Positions 63,167-64,000 of a stretch of DNA of 64,000 bases are shown here, piece after piece. Position 1 is the first letter of the stretch, and each line of letters starts with the position of its first letter. The DNA is from Nitrospirota bacterium. GTDB lineage: Bacteria; Nitrospirota; Nitrospiria; 2-01-FULL-66-17. The DNA lies in the NCBI GenBank assembly GCA_049325335.1, contig JBMOMC010000045.1, positions 82,032 to 146,031 on the forward strand. The letters are read 5' to 3'. Position numbers and translations under genes: made by a program. Under the pieces are notes generated by a model, which was not told the DNA's origin, did no database searches, and saw nothing but the letters and a program-made list of their open reading frames with translations.

Positions 63167-63397
63167 ATGGCGTCGGAAGAACGGATCGTAATTGACGACC
63201 GCATCATGGGCGGCAAACCCGTGATTGCAGGCACGCGGGTCCCGGTCCAAGTGATTGTCGGAGCGCTCGCCGGCGGCATGAGCCGCGACGAGATCTGTCG
63301 AGAATACCGGATTACCGACGCCGACATTCAGGCCGCATTGGCCTATGCCGCCCAGGCGCTGGCCGACGAAAAGGTGCATGCGATTCCTCGTCGATGA
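63167..63397 (+). CDS. DUF433 antitoxin
   Basis: Motifs IMGGKPVIAGTRVPV and DIQAALAYA. Confidence 0.92.
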   Translation: MASEERIVIDDRIMGGKPVIAGTRVPVQVIVGALAGGMSRDEICREYRITDADIQAALAYAAQALADEKVHAIPRR

Positions 63398-63734
63398 GAA
63401 TCTTCCCTTCAGTCTCATTGCACTCCTTCGACATGTCGGCCATGATGTGCTGGATGTCGCGTCCAGCTCTCTCCGCGGACATCCCGACGACGAACTGTGG
63501 ACCGTCGCCCACCGCGAACAACGCATTCTAGTCACCAAAGACATCGACTTTCCGCTGCGCCATCTCCGCCCCTTTCCGCCAGGGCTCGTACTGGTGCGGG
63601 TTCCCGACACGTTCACCGGTCAACAAATTACTGAACTGTTCGCGAAACTAATCACCGCTCCCGACATTCAACTGGCCGACGGCTCCTTGGTCGTCTTGAC
63701 GCCAGCCCGAGTCAGAACCCGCCGCCTCGAATAG
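63378..63734 (+). CDS. DUF5615 PIN-like toxin
   Basis: Motifs MRFLVDENLP, GHDV and RILVTKDIDF. Confidence 0.9.
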   Translation: MRFLVDENLPFSLIALLRHVGHDVLDVASSSLRGHPDDELWTVAHREQRILVTKDIDFPLRHLRPFPPGLVLVRVPDTFTGQQITELFAKLITAPDIQLADGSLVVLTPARVRTRRLE

Positions 63735-63794
63735 CGCCGCGCTTGATCAGGCCTGGCTTGCCAGCGGGTCTTCAGTCCTATCGTTGGGTCAGCT

Positions 63795-64000
63795 TGAGGT
63801 AGCCCCGATTTCCTGGACAGGTGGTTAAGCACACGCACCTCGGCGGTCATACTGCTCCGGGGTCTGATAGTCGAGGGTGGCGTGCACGCGTTGGCGATTA
63901 TAGAACAGCTCGATGTAGGCGAACAACGCCGTGCGGGCATGGTCGCGGTCGGGGAAGGTGGCATGGTCAGTGCCCTCGTTCTTGAGCGAGCTGAAGAAAC
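63795..64000 (-). mobile_element. IS3-family element, right end with transposase C-terminus (runs off the window)
   Basis: Minus frame FFSSLKNE...FAYIELFYNRQRVHATLDYQTPEQY, stop at 63825; terminal IR TGAGGTAGCCCCGATTTCCTGGACA. Confidence 0.92.

Overview
GC-rich bacterial chromosomal window. Gene order and content suggest Nitrospirota or a Deltaproteobacteria-like lineage (inference only). 1-10 kb is accessory: FRG protein, two SAM methyltransferases, CPBP protease, divergent oxyR-katG followed by a decayed monofunctional catalase, three small proteins missed by the ORF track, two degenerate integron attC sites without an integrase, a palindromic MITE, an IS3 end and a putative nucleotidyltransferase toxin-antitoxin pair. 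10-51 kb is mostly minus-strand core: ispE-tRNA(Gln)-prs-rplY-pth-hppA-ychF; a direct-repeat-flanked Ig-like lipoprotein insert; pgsA-aroE-pilBTC-pilSR followed by an HDOD/GGDEF module; and a full dcw cluster (mraZ to ftsZ, then pgeF, yggS, yggT, divIVA). 51-56 kb is an 8-gene sulfur-carrier operon (two ubiquitin-like carriers, two E1 enzymes, CysK, a ThrC-like enzyme, a NIL protein and a JAB protease), the best candidate for an incompletely described pathway. 56-64 kb holds a periplasmic binding protein, a deletion-fused relic and a 6-PAS hybrid kinase, then glgC, a DUF433/PIN toxin-antitoxin pair and an IS3 end. All calls come from motif reading; no database searches were run.
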